Assembly (NCBI GenBank): GCA_050084515.1
Contig: CM114271.1
Span: 1,178,001-1,242,000 of the forward strand
Direction of reading: 5' to 3'
DNA length: 64,000 bases
From: Blasia pusilla
Taxonomy: Eukaryota
In this document: piece after piece, positions 35,898 through 49,113 of the stretch
How positions within the stretch are numbered: position 1 is the stretch's first letter
Layout: each line of letters starts with the position of its first letter
Translations under genes and position numbers: made by a program
Notes under the pieces: generated by a model
What the model was told of the DNA's origin: nothing
Database searches by the model: none
Seen by the model: only the letters and a program-made list of their open reading frames with translations

Positions 35898-37118
35898 AGA
35901 AAATATCAAGCAATCTATGAGAGGGATAAGATTAAATCAAATGTAGAAATTTTCGAGAAGATAGTCTCTTTGCCAATGTCAAGGATAAGGGTTTTGAGAC
36001 CAAAAAATGAAAGCACGTCATTTCCAATTATAAAAAAAATCCATAGAAATGATTGAAAATTTATGTAAAAGTATTGACTCTATATTAGAATAGAAGTACT
36101 TGTGTGGTTTGCTTGGAGTTGTAGGGACTCCATCTAATAGGGATTCTATATCAGAATATAATAAATGAATGCTAAGGCAAAATGAGAATATTTTAGAATT
36201 AATTTCATTTCTTCTTAATCATTCTCTTAGATTTTCGATTGCAATGCAAATTCTATAATTGAAATGACGATTAAAATGTCATAAAGAATTCTTTTGAATT
36301 AAATTCATGGTAGAAGATGAGAATATGGAAAAGGAAAAAATGAAAACCATTAAAAAAAGGAAGGCATACAAACCTATGAAAAGGAAAAAGAACAAAACCA
36401 CCATAATAGGGTGATGGAGAATCCATCGTAAGTACAAAAGAAGAGGGAACTCAAGGATTTGAGAATGCTGACGCTGAACAAGGCGGGGGTGAAAGTGAAA
36501 ATAAGGCATCCTCCGTAAAGGCTAAACTCATAGCAAAGACAATATTGGTTATACATAGAGAAATATAACTACCACTACGAGGGCCTCTAGCAATGGTGTC
36601 TCCCATAACCCGACTTTAAAGCCCATTGGCTTGGGCACACTACAAAGCTGTGGAGACAAGTTGCTGGCAATGAAGAATCGCATTAGCTAAAGACAACCCA
36701 TTTATTTCATGGAGATGATGAATGTAGTTTGTGAGGAACGAGTCAAACCTCTCCCTCAAAAGCCCACACATCTCTATGGCTAGAGAGGACGAATCGATGT
36801 CCGTTATAAAGTTGACTATAAAGATGGGTCTTCTTTGTAACCGTTGCTCCTTGTAGGAATCTCCGTTATGCCACCACATGAGCTCGGACAAATTCTCATG
36901 TAATATCCGTCACTATAACATCGACCACCACCATCTTAACCTCCCATATTATATAAAAATCACTCTCACGAACAATGAAATATGATGTCAAGTGGAAGCC
37001 ACTCCCGGGAACAACTCAAAATGTGATGTCTCGCACATCATACCTTAATACATCATCGAAGAGGTATTAAGCTAATCCTTTCACTAATAATCACCTCAGA
37101 AAGGACAAATTAGTGGTG

Positions 37119-37133
37119 AGGGTTAGGGTTTAG
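37119..37133 (-). promoter_or_regulatory. Telo-box (AAACCCTA) upstream of the EMB2735-like gene
   Basis: AGGGTTAGGGTTTAG on +, at the border between the AT-rich spacer and the GC-richer leader region. Confidence 0.4.
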
Positions 37134-38050
37134 ACGCGACTTGTACATGTCTAATGGATTTCATGTTTTCATGAGGACGGATAAATCTAATCTTCCAATA
37201 TTCAGTTTGAGGATTGGAAGTGTTGGAATTCGTGGTCGCAGGGGCCTTCGAAAGGAGGAAGCCGGACAGTCGAAAGGAGGTCGCAAGTTTGTGCCGGTAA
37301 ATTCCGACTTCCTCGCATTTTTTTCCTTCTTTCCTGTGAAATGTGGTCAGAGGCGAATGGTTGTGTGGCCGTTTCGAAGAGTGGCAGCCTGGCCCTTTCA
37401 GGATGCCGATCAGTCTGTGTGTGGGATTCAGTAGGTTTCATCTGAATTGGAGTTCTTGTGTTTGTCCTGAGAACCCTAGACCGTCCAACTCCAGTGGATG
37501 CGAATTGATGTGCGCTCTCCAGTGGCGAGTTTGTGAAGCTCTTGGTCCTTCGTCTCTGTGGATCAGAATTAATTACTCACTCATCCACTCGTAGAATGTA
37601 AAGTCGTTCCGCAGCTCAGTCGCACTTGACATCTCAATGCTGACTTAGACCTTGGCGAGCATCACAGAGAAATTCAGTGCTTCATCTTGAGTCGTAATAT
37701 GACGGTGTTACGACATGGAGAATTGCGGACAGTTTTCGCTTTCGTAGGTCTGAACACATTCTTGTGCCTCTCAATCAGCCCTGTGTACGACTTCGTTTGC
37801 GACCTTCCTTATTGGGAACGCCGAGTGAGTGTACCATTACCAGTATTAACTTCTTCTTTCCTTCTCCATTAGTTGCAAGTCAATGATTTGGAACCGGACT
37901 GTTGATCATGATCCCTTATTAAACCCTTGTGAATGAATCGCCATAAGTTCTCTTCGTCAATTTCTCTGATCATGATGTAGAATACCTGAGCAACTAATTG
38001 GGTTTGTTGAAATAAGACTTATCTTTTCTGTCAAAGACTAGCTTTACTGG

Positions 38051-38097
38051 TGTTGGAGCAATTGTACTGACCCTTGGTCAGTACAATAGTTCCAACA
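38051..38097. repeat. Near-perfect hairpin, 22-bp stem and 3-nt loop
   Basis: TGTTGGAGCAATTGTACTGACC-CTT-GGTCAGTACAATAGTTCCAACA, with one G-U pair and one mismatch on the + strand. Confidence 0.85.
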
Positions 38098-38632
38098 TCC
38101 CATCTACTTGAGACAGATGTTGTGATTGTGGATATGCACCAAGTGGACCATGGGAGAAGGAGCTGTGGAAATTGGATTCATGGCCTGAATCTGCTTTGAG
38201 TGCAGAGAGAAGAGCGTCGGCAGGAGCGTGAAAGACCTGCAGTCTTACCAACCGCCGTCCAAGACAAACTGCCCAGGGAGGAAAGCGGTAACTAAAAATC
38301 TACCAAAGAAGGGCCTCAAGCACCCAGGTGATCTATTTGTACCAAGTGGTTCTTTTAGTTTTGGTTTTCTAAGTCCACCACACTTCCATTAATCACTCCC
38401 ATGGGTTCAGGGGGGTGTATGTATGTTTGTTGGAGATCTGGATGCTGAGCTGCCCTATTAGGCAGTCAGCTCGTGGAATCTTTACCCTTTTCCAAAAGTG
38501 TCCTCTTTTCACGTGAATCAGCGGAGTGACAGCCTCAAACAACCACCGGCCCTTGTGACAAAATTCTTACGCTTGAAGTATAATGACCATCTCTCTTAAT
38601 TGGTTGTTTGGCTGGACAGATTTTGTGGACAC

Positions 38633-39882
38633 ATGAAGTTAAGGGTTGTGTTGCGGAATATAGTACACTATGTCAGAACTGATCTTAAAGAGATGCCTTT
38701 CCATCTTCTCTTCCTGATCCACCCTCTGCAAAGCCGAAGCCACGGAAATTGACACTTCAAGAGCACTTACAGGTAATGATGTCGGGATAATTCTCTCATG
38801 GCAAGTCTACTTAGAAGAGTCAATTCAGCTCTACGAAGGAAACCCACTTCTGTATGGATGTTAATATTTAAGACCTAGTTCCACTCCATTACTCTGTGTA
38901 CTATGAGCACCTCAACCAAAAGAGCTTTCCTCACATTTTCCTTTCACTGGGAGAAACTAACAGACAAACGATCATTTTTCTAAGCTCCTGGGCAAGCTTT
39001 CTTCAGTCCAGTAGCTTAATCGAAGGTTGAAAATTGCCATTTTGAGGATGGTGTAGGTGGTGGATATGTAGGTTAACAGTGTTCTGCGTTGTAGGGTCAT
39101 ACTTGGAAGTCCAGCCAGTTTCAACTTTTACTGAACATTTTCTTTCATCCAATCAGACCTGTGAACTCTCTTTCAAGAGCTGGCCATTTTGTTGTCAGAT
39201 CATCAAGCAAGGCCATACCTCAGGCTTTGGTTGAACCGTGTATCACAGCCAATCAGTCTTCTAGGCATTTTGCAGCCTTAGTGACAAGCATTTTTTTCGT
39301 TCCAACTTCTCAAAACTGCCGAATATCCTGTGCAGGTCTGGAAAACAGCAACAAAACTGTATGTACGGAGCTGGAGGACTGGTACCATTGATGATGAGGA
39401 CACTCCAAAGACAACCAAGGATAAAGCTCCTGATGACTTATCAGCTGTAGAGGAACTAGGTATAGTGGTGATACAATGAAATCCGTATTTGACCTTGAAT
39501 ATCTTCATTAAACTAGTCAACTGGTCAACAGATTGAGTCTCTCTTGTCTACAAGTATTCTTGTGTTACCAAAGTTTGGTTTTCTTGACTCGGTTTGTTGT
39601 CTCACAGCACTTGCAGCCAGGGCTGGAGCAGACAATCTGAGGCCTGCACTGCATCGCATCTACATTTCCAGGGCGTCAGCCTATCGGGATGCCTTGAAAA
39701 GCTTTGTGGTGGGATATCGGGAAGGAATTGCGGAAGTGATGGACTCTAAACCTTTTCAAGGCTTCAAAGACCAAGGATTCGGCGGAGAACAAGATGGAGG
39801 AAGTGGAAATTATACGCATCAAAATTCCACATCTCATCAAGAACCAGTGGATGAAAATCTCAAAGAAAAGCGGAGTGAATGA
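38633..39882 (+). CDS. EMB2735: EMB2735-like conserved small plant protein (3 coding exons, apparent 1-nt frameshift in exon 1)
   Basis: Exons 38633-38772, 39336-39459 and 39608-39882. MKLRVVLRNIVHYVRTDLKE[fs]AFPSSLPDPP..RKLT, KLYVRSW and LAARAGADNLRPALHRIYISRASAYRDALKSFVVGYREGI match my recollection of the Arabidopsis EMB2735 family. Not database-verified. Confidence 0.78.
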
Positions 39883-40309
39883 CAAGCAGTAGGTTAGCTG
39901 GATTACCCACCAATTCCTTCATAAAAAGAGACCTTTAGCATCAACCAAGAAGAAAGGCCTCAGAGAGGAAAGAGACCCATCTTGTATAAAGACCCAGGCT
40001 GCCGTAATAGTGCAGATAGATTTAAAAATAGGTGAGGTAAGAATAACAAGTATTCTGGATAGTTTCTTGTGTGTTTAATGGTTGCCTAATTTTTCTGTAC
40101 TAATGCAAAAGTCAAATAAGTCGATGAAAACAGATTGGAAATGTCTCTTGTTGGAATGGATGTCATTGTGTCAAACGGACATATGTAAACATCAACTCTT
40201 GTTATATAGATACAGCAACTCCTAAAACATTTTGATGCGAGGGGAGGTAGCCCAAAGTTGGGATTGCCTTCAATTCTCTGCCTTCAGAGTTGCACTTGTA
40301 TAGGGGTAT

Positions 40310-40635
40310 TGTGAGAATTGCGGAATGAATTGAAATTGTGTTTGTACTTTCTGTGTTCTCTGTATTGATAGATTGAAAGCCCATACAGAAGTAGTAAAGT
40401 CTGCTCTAAACTAAGAGCCGTAATCAAAAGACGTGACGGTAACTGTGTCACTTCAGAAATGTCTCATAGGTATGTATCGTTTCGCAAGATGAAACGTTAC
40501 TAGCAGTAATCAATGGTCATAGACAGAACATTGATTCTAATCTAATCTAGATCGTTCGTATGGATTGATCCGTGTGATCAATTCTTGGATCAGTACTCTG
40601 ATGATTTGTTTCGCTGGACTAATTGATTTCCTACA
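40310..40635 (-). repeat. 3' LTR of Copia element 2
   Basis: Direct repeat of 45169-45494. Confidence 0.93.
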
Positions 40636-40655
40636 CTCCCACTCAGGTGAACAAA

Positions 40656-43600
40656 TCAGCCATTTTCATTACTAGTTAACCCTAGAGATTTAGTATGTTT
40701 CTGATGAGGTCCTTTCTGTAAACCCTTAGTAAAAATGTCTGCAGTCATCTCTGCAGTTGAAATATAGGTCAAAATAATTTCGCCACTTGATACTTGATCT
40801 TTGATATAGTGGTATTGAATGTCGATGTGTTTGGTGCGGTCATGATGTTTTGTAGAACTGACCAAAGCAATAGCACTTTGGTTGTCACAGAAGATCTCAG
40901 TTATCTTCTGAGCAAAACCAATTTCGTAAAGTAATCTTCTGATCCAAATAGCTTCAGTGCTAGTTTTAGTCATTGCAATGTACTCAGACTCGGTACTTGA
41001 AAGAGCAACTGACTTTTGTTTTCTACTTGCCCAACTAATAGCTCCTCCTGCAAAAATCCGCTAGTAGATTTTCGCGAGTCCATATTGTCTCCATAGCAGC
41101 ATCAGAATATCCTTGAAGATGAAAAGGAGTAGATGAGCGCTGATATTGGAGAAAGTAATGTTTTGTCCCTTGGAGATACCTAAAAATACGTTTGACAGCA
41201 GTCCAGTGTATAAGACCAGGATTGGTCATGAACTGTGCAACAGTGCTAACAGAATAGGCAATATCGGGGCGAGTGCACACCATTGCCCACATTAAACTGC
41301 CTGTAGCACTTTTATAAGGAATAGAAGACCTTGCTGCAATGTCAGCAGTATGAACAGGGGATTGATCTTGACTAAGATGAAGGCCAAAATCAAAGGGAGT
41401 GGAGATAGGTTTGCAGCCCAGCATGTTGAACTGTTTGAGTTTGTTGGTGATGTAAGTTGTCTGGTTAAGCCTGATCCATCCTTGTTGTCGGTCTCGTTGG
41501 ATATGAATTCCTAGAACATGATAAGCTGCATCGAGATCAGTCATTTCAAACTCTTGGCGGAGCTTCGTTTTGACAAAATGAAGCAGCGCAGAACAGGAGC
41601 TTGCGATGACAGTGTCATCGCCGTAGAGAGCAAGGATCAGAAAATTGGAGTCCTTGTTCAGAATGTAAATATTAGAGTCAGCAGTGGTGCTGACAAAACC
41701 AATGTCTAGTAAAACATAGTGACAGTGTTCATACCACATATGGGCTGATTACTTCAAACCATAAATGGACCTTTCGAGAAGGCAGACCAAGTTATTATGG
41801 GGAACTGGCAAGCCTGGAGGAAGGGCCATGTAGATCTTGTGTTGCAGGAATCCACATAGAAAAGCAGCGATTACATCTAATTGATGTAGGTCCAGGTTGA
41901 AATAAGCATCGATAGCAATTAGAATACGAAGAGATTGAAGTTTCACAGTAGGAGAAAAGGTCTAGTCGTAACCAAGATCAGGAACTTGAGTAAATCCTTT
42001 AGCAACCAGACGGGCTTTGTACTTGTGGATTGTGCCATCCACATGAGGTTTAATTTAAAAAACCCAACGGTAGCCAACTGTGCTTTGATTAGGAGGAAGG
42101 GGAACCAAAGTCCAAGCCTTCAATCTAGCCATATTTTGAAGTTCAGCAGAAATGGCAGCCTTCCAATGTGAAGAGTCAGGTCCAGAGATTTCCTCTTCAT
42201 AAGATTGGGGTTCAAGAAAAGAACTAGTAGAAGAGAGCAAGGCCCAACGCTTCTTTGTAGCTCGCTTCTTGTTCTTCTCAACTTCAATAAGTGCATCGTA
42301 ATGCTCAACAACCCGAGTAATGCGAGGACTTGTTCTTTGAGCACGAGGAGGAGTAGGAGCTCGTTGTCTTCTTTCATAGTAAAAGAGGGTACGCCCATGA
42401 CCAGTGCACGGGTGTGCAAAGTGGAAGAGACCGTTGGTGAAGGCATAGCCTTTGGTGTGGCGGACTTGAAAGAGGTTGAACTCCCACGAAGATGACATGG
42501 AAGGAGAGGGAGTTCCCATTGAGGGAATAATCGGGAAGGAGCAGGAATAGGCAGGAAGTTTGAGGATTAGGGGATGAGCGGAAAAATAGAGGATCAGATC
42601 GATAGCTAGATCTTCTCCATTAGAAGAAGCGAAAGATGGAGTGGTCTACAAATCGATCTTCAAGAACTACAGCATCACGGGAAAGAATGATAGTTTTGTC
42701 TCTCAGTCTCTCGAGACGCAAGGCTTTGCTTTGGTCAGTGTAACCAAGGAAAATGCATTCCTCAATGCGAAAATCCAGCTTTGAATGAGGATCATTGATT
42801 TTAGCAAATGCAGGGCTTCCAAAAATACGAAGATGAGATAACACAGGTTTACGATTAAACCATAATTCATAGGGTGTTTTGGAAAGTGGAAATGCTTTGC
42901 TCGGAAGACGATTTTGCAAATAATTAGCAGTGACCAAAGCTTCACCCCAATAAGTCTTGGGTAGAGCAGAATGGAAAAGCATAGAACGGACATAATTAGC
43001 AAGAGTTATGTTCTTACGTTCTGAAACACCATTTTGCTGTGGTGTGTGGGGAACAATGAACTGCTTGGAGATTCCTCGAGAATGGCAGAAGTCTAAGAAA
43101 GCATATGACTTAAATTCCCCACCATTGTCAGATCGCAATGTCTGAATGCGTCGAGGTTGATGTTGTGTCTCTACATGAGCCACAAATTGAATGAAACGGG
43201 GAAAACCTTCGGATTTGTAATGGAGGAGGTAAACAATAGTATACTAGGAGAAATCGTCAATAAAGATCATGAAATAGCGAAAACCCAAATGAGTAGGGGG
43301 AGAAATAGGACCGAAAATATCTGTATGAATTAATTCTAAAACATTGAGAGCCGTATAGACTGGAGAAGTGTTAGAAAAAGGTTTGCGAGTCTCCTTGCCA
43401 TGTAGGCAGACTCGACATGAAGAAATCTGAGAGGGATTATGCTGTGGAAGTCCGCCAGCCATTTGCTGATTTTGAAGTTGAGAAACACGAGGTGCGCTGA
43501 TGTGACCCAAACGGTGATGCCACAGATCAACGATCGTGGGAAGAATCGTAGTGGTAGCTGTAATGGGAGAAAATCGGGAGGGTGAAAGGACAGCTTCTCC

Positions 43601-44961
43601 GAGTTTGTACAAATCATTGATTAAATAACATGTTGTGATGATCTGGTCTGTAGAATCACGGAGTATGCACTTTCTATTGTGAATCAAGGCACATCCTCCT
43701 GAAGTGTCTAGTTGCTTGACTGAGAAAATATTTTTCTTCTAGCTTGGTATAAAGAGAACATTCCGAAGAATGTATCGAATACCATTAGTTAGAAGGATCT
43801 CAACGTTTCCAGATCCTTTTATCTCCAGACTAGAGTTATCACCTAGGAAAACATACGAAGATTTTTCATACGGAGTGTAATTGGAAAGTAATCACTGGAG
43901 AAGGCCATATGATGAGCAGCACCGGTATCAAGATACCATGTGTTATCTTGAATATCTGAAGCCGAAGTTGAATAGGCAACGGTAAAGAAGAGATGAGACA
44001 TAAAATTTTCTTTTGGAGCAGAAAATCTGGACTGCATTTGCTGATTTGCAAGACATTTTGGGCAATCTTGAATATGATGCCTCTGCAAATTGCAGTAGAA
44101 ACACTTCATTTTCTTATAAGTGTTCTGCTGATTGGAGGATGAAGCCTGCCAATCAGCTTGATGATTGGACGATTCGCCATGTGGAATCGTCACAGAAGCA
44201 AGAACAAATCTTGATTTGAAAGGACCAAAGCCTTTCTGAGAAGCTTTGCCTTGACCGTAACCTCTGAAGGAGCCCCCTTGCCTCGAATTGCCGAATTTGG
44301 ACTTCGATTGAAAAGGGGCCGAACCTCGTCCAACAAAAAAAGCTGAGGAAGGTTCAGTAGTCTGCGTCTCCATCATTTTCTCCTCCCTAAGAAGGAAAGT
44401 GATCACAGATTGCAAAGTAAGGTTACTCTGACCTCGCAATTAGGTCAATAAGTTGTGGTAACTATTGGGCATTGATCGCATCAATGCAAGATATTAATTT
44501 TCATCAGTAGTCATCGATCCAACAGCGTGGAGTTGATCAATCAATGTCCTAAATTGATGGACATGTTTGGTAACACTATCGCCTTCTTTCATCTTAAGAG
44601 TATGCAATTCATCTTGCAGATACATTTTTGTAACAGCGTCCTGGGCTTGGTATAAAGAATCTAATTTCGTCTAGGCGTTCGTTGCAGTCATAGCGGAACT
44701 GATATGATGAACTTGCGAAGTGTCTAAACGATTCGCTATGAAGGATAAGGCAATTCGGTTGAAAATCTCCCATTCGTGGACACTCCCAACGTTGGTGGCA
44801 GGAGCGGTAGCCGCTGCTGGCTTTGGAGTTGTTCCTTCTACGATGCCTACTAAATCTTCAACATCAAGGTACAATCTCATGCGTAATCACCAGATATAGA
44901 AATAGGTTCCGTCAAATTTCGGGATGTCGTTAATCTTAAGGAACATGTTAGAATTCACCAT
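40656..44961 (-). pseudogene. Copia gag-pol polyprotein with stops and frameshifts
   Basis: Starts MVNSNMFLKINDIPKFDGTYFYIW*LRM. Fragments 44671-44880, 43843-44439, 43244-43687, 42620-43183, 42055-42519, 41749-41946, 41035-41739 and 40656-40973. The RT motif reads YGDD rather than YVDD. Confidence 0.88.
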
Positions 44962-45157
44962 CGTGAATTGATGAAAATGATAGAAAAAGGATCAAGGACT
45001 TCGAAGTCGTAAGAATCATAAGTTTGCAGCCACCAAGCAATCAGAAACGAGAAAGGCATTTGAGCTGAAGGCGTCCCCTCTACTCTAGGAATGTTGAAGC
45101 GTCCCTCAAATTCCAATCCTTTCTTAAAAATCGTAAAAGTAGTGATTAGCGACCAGA

Positions 45158-45168
45158 CTCTGATACCA
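45158..45168 (-). promoter_or_regulatory. Canonical PBS complementary to the 3' end of tRNA-iMet
   Basis: TGGTATCAGAG directly after the 5' LTR on the minus strand. Confidence 0.9.
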
Positions 45169-45494
45169 TGTGAGAATTGCGGAATGAATTGAAATTTCGT
45201 TTGTACTCTCTGTGTTCTCTGTATTGATAGATTGAAAGCCGATACATAAGTAGTAAAGTCTGCTCTAAACCAAGAGCCGTAATCAAAAGACATGACGGTA
45301 ACTATGTCACTTCAGAAATGTTTCATAGCTATGTATTGTTTCGCAAGATGAAACGTTACTAGCAGTAATCAATGGTCATAAACAGAACATTGATTCTAAT
45401 CTAATCTAGATCGTTCGTATGGATTGATCCGTGTGATCAATTCTTGGATCAGTACTCTGATGATTTGTTTCGCTGGACTAATTGATTTCCTACA
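45169..45494 (-). repeat. 5' LTR of Copia element 2
   Basis: Direct repeat of 40310-40635, adjacent to the PBS. Confidence 0.93.
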
Positions 45495-48400
45495 GTATCC
45501 ACTAGTTCCTAGTGAATAAAATTCTCAAATGTAGAAGATTTAAGAGGTAGGTATTGAACTTTAGAAAATTTCTTAGTTTAAGTATGAGGTATAAGCAATG
45601 CGAACCAAATGTGATACTAAATTTAGTATGCTACATCATGTTGAGCATGGTTTAATTTAGTCAATTACTAGTCTTCCTTGTTAGTGCTCTTCTTGTTAGA
45701 CTAGTTAGGACTTCCTAAGCCTTACTTTAATTAGGGTTTCAAACAAAATAAAGTTGAACCCTTGGGGGCTCCCTGTTGAGATTTGGTTATGTGCCTTTTC
45801 TATCTTCTAAACAAAATAGAGAAAGAGAGTTCTACCAATCTTTTCACACAAGCTTAGTAGAACTCTTGCTTACTGCACTCTCATGTCCGTTGCCCTCCGT
45901 ATTCTTTGGACTCTCCCATGCAATAGAGTATTCTCTCTTGTGTTTGGATTCTATAACTGCACTTTTTATGACAACTACACATGATCACATATTCACGTGG
46001 TTACATCTATTGAATATACAATCTCAATGCTTCAACATTTGCATAGTTGAAAGTAATTATTTGAAACCTCTTTCTTGTGTGCGATGTCATGTAGTTGTTT
46101 CGGTTTGTCCTTTGTGTTGCATTACACATTTAGGGTTCTTATGGTATACTCTTTTTTACCTCAAGGGGTTCATTTGGATGGGGGTAGGAAAATATTTGAA
46201 AAGGCTATTTTGGCATGTGATCCAAATACCCTAATCTACTCTCTACACAACTCAAATAAAGCCTCTTTTTGAGAAAAAATGACAATGGATTCAATAACAA
46301 CATATGAGAACGTTCTTAGCATGGTACATGAAAATGAAATGCTATAAACTTGACATGTAATAGTTAGACCTTTATGTTTGACAAATTTGTGGCTTGAAGA
46401 AGTATGGAGGGATATCTCTCATACCAAGTAGTCTTAGAGATGATCTTACTTGTGTTATAATGAGATGAAAAATATTTCTCCTTTCAAGACAATAGAGATT
46501 CAAATTCAAAATAAGTCAAAAGATTGCACAAGATCTTGCTTGTGAAAGGTAGGATTGCCATGTTTAGATTGAAGTCGTGTTTTTCCTTAATCCTTGCTCA
46601 TATGATATGATTTGAAGAAGAAAGTATTATGAATTTATCATACTCATTAAAAATATTCAATTCTTCCTATTTTGGCTCCATACGAGATGATCTAACATGA
46701 AAAAGTCCCAAAATCTCAAAGAAAATTTTTGGACCAAAAAAGTTTTCAATTTTTGGTATCATGCATTTGAAAATTTTTTTGGACTTTGAAAAAGTGTAAT
46801 AATCAACTTGAAACTATTTGATGGTAGTTGAACATCATGAAACTCAAATCCCTAGTTAGATCTTCACTCATCCCATATCCCATAATTGTGGGAATACCTT
46901 ATTTTTATTTGGATATTTAAGTTCCCTTAGGATTTTGCATCAACCTTGTGGCTCCATAACAACTCTTATATAGCTTGACTTATTATTTCCTCTTGTTACT
47001 CATTATAAAAGTCTTATATTTTTAATTTTATAGCTATATGTGGTGCAACCTTGTTTTCGATTTATCTACTCTACATGAAAATATGACACTAAATTTTAAG
47101 TTTTAAAATAACTCAAGATGAAGTTTGCAACTTGGGGAAAAAATTGAGGAAGTGGGAAATTGATTATTATGGAAGATATCTAAGTTTTTCTTGAAAAATA
47201 ATCTCCTTCTATTGTATTATAGGCAAAATCACCTTCTACTTAAAATAATTTGTGTTGAAACAGAGAGATAAGGCTCTATCATGTTTGATTACTAAACTTT
47301 TTGATGAACTTAAGAAAACGAGCTCGTGGATCTTCTCTTTATGTAAATTCTTCCCATGTGCCTTACTTCACCACTAAAACTCTTTGTTGATGTCTTGATT
47401 CCATAATGAAAACTTCCAAAAAGACAAATTCAACTTTAAATCTTAATTAGATTCCAATATCACTTTTGGGTCTCAAAATTCCAAAATAGGCATGACCTAT
47501 GTGCTCATGTCAAATATGCTTCAATATGTCACCTAATATGTATCAAAATCTAGTAACCCAATCTATCATGGCTCCCATGCCATATGATGCTGATATGATA
47601 CTAACTTAAAGGAAATTGTAGAAACCTTATTTTCATCACCTTAGGTCCATATCTATGAATGAAAAGTTATACATAAAGTTGGAAATGCACTTTTTATGTT
47701 TAGAAAGTAGTAGGCAATGATTTAGAAAAAGGTTAGAATATTTCATCTAGTACTTTTTCTTTTCATCTTGCTATTTCTTGTTTGTTGATTTGGAAATGTA
47801 TCGATTTTTCCTTGATAAGGATTTTTTTCATTTTATGGGAAAAGAGATTTTTTTTAATGCTCTATAATAATCGCCAGGCCTACTCTAGGCGGGTCCTGCA
47901 CAAGCCTACTACATGCCAGTGCGGGCCAATACGGGCTACAGAAATGATGGCAAGAACAAGCGACAGATTGCTCGACTGGACGTAGATTAGCCGACCCTAA
48001 GTGTATGTTGCAGGCAGGACACACTTGCATGGACATGTCCATCCTAGAGATGGACATAATTCCACGAACATGGACTTTGTTCGTCTATAACCTTGATCCA
48101 ATTTCCATAAATAGGAAGTTAAAACTCATATAATTGGGGAACTTATCCGGAATAGTAAGTTTCTCAGATGACCTCCACATGGACCCACACAAAGGGTAAC
48201 CTATTCTAACAAGTTATTCAAAACCTATTGGACTCCATTTCTAGTCTCTACTAAAGCGTCGTATGTGAACTTGTTGTTCCACTATAAAAGACGCGATGAA
48301 TTATTCATGACACACCTTGAGGATTAGACTAACGTACTAAGGTTTGGGTGGGCATTTGGTAGAGAATAGCCAAGGCTTAGTGACTGAGCCTTCCTAGGGA

Positions 48401-48593
48401 GATGGTAGGCAACTCGTAAGACTCAAAACCGATTAGTATCAAGCAATTTCATCAGCTTACTTATGGGATGTGCTACCAATTTGATCTTCGAGACTAAACC
48501 TTAAGTCTTCCACTTGTAGGTATCAAAGTCAAGGACTCTTTGTGGGCTAGCAAGGTGAAGTAGAGGTTCAACTCTACGATGTCTCTATGTCTC

Positions 48594-48780
48594 AAATAGC
48601 TAAGTCTATAGGATCCATGCTAGTGGGGATTCCTAAGAAGAGAGTCATGATTGCGGATCCAAGGAGGAAAGACCTGGGTATGACCCACCAAATTCAAAAC
48701 CTAAACTAGTTGGTCGCAAGACTAAGAAAGGTCGTTGAACTAACAGCGGGGCTAACGCTAGGTGAGACGTGCACGTATCT
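48594..48780 (+). repeat. Old dispersed repeat fragment, homologous to 33285-33495
   Basis: Same ordered sequence blocks as 33285-33495. It lies in a GC-richer island (~47870-49560). Confidence 0.7.
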
Positions 48781-49054
48781 TGTGACTAGCCTTGGGTGAG
48801 CTACTCGCTGAGACAAAGGCAAGGCAAGCAAAGCAAGGTTTAAGACTTTGAATCCAAACGCCAAAGTAAGAGTGAGAAGCAAGGACCATATGAGTAGTCA
48901 AGATAGGTGAGACATCACGAGACTAGTCATGAAACACAAAGAACGGCAAGACAAACCATGAAACACCAAACAGGGAGTTAAGATGGGCTAGCCATAAGAC
49001 ACGTGAAATTTGGGTCCAAGCTCCAAGATGTGTTTGAGGAGCGGAGAGTTGCAT

Positions 49055-49113
49055 GATCTGCAAGAAGCCTCTGCCAAGCCATTTAGATGGCTTGCGGAGG
49101 CTTCTTGGAGATC
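49055..49113. repeat. Imperfect hairpin, ~27-bp stem and 4-nt loop
   Basis: GATCTGCAAGAAGCCTCTGCCAAGCCAT-TTAG-ATGGCTTGCGGAGGCTTCTTGGAGATC. Confidence 0.85.

Larger units (their letters stand above)
40310..45494 (-). mobile_element. Full-length decayed Ty1/Copia LTR retrotransposon (element 2)
   Basis: 326-bp TG..CA LTRs at 40310-40635 and 45169-45494, about 12 substitutions apart by eye. PBS TGGTATCAGAG and PPT GAGTGGGAG. gag zinc knuckle CFYCNLQRHHIQDC, protease WYLDTGA, LWHHRLGH, integrase LRSDNGGEF, RT, and RNase H HDRTKHIDIQYHY/ADIFTK. Flanked by GTAT on both sides. Confidence 0.95.

Noticed and set aside
35838-36056. ORF with RLRLRERERE repeats
   Set aside because: It is a translation of the GA microsatellite.
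34300-37000. Possible degenerate DNA-transposon (MULE-like) coding relics
   Set aside because: Only vague impressions. No DDE or SWIM motif and no TIR/TSD were found.
38207-38327. Purine-rich exon-like segment upstream of the EMB2735-like ATG as an extra coding exon
   Set aside because: The family starts at MKL(K/R)V as I recall it, and no upstream in-frame start was found. At most a 5'-UTR exon.
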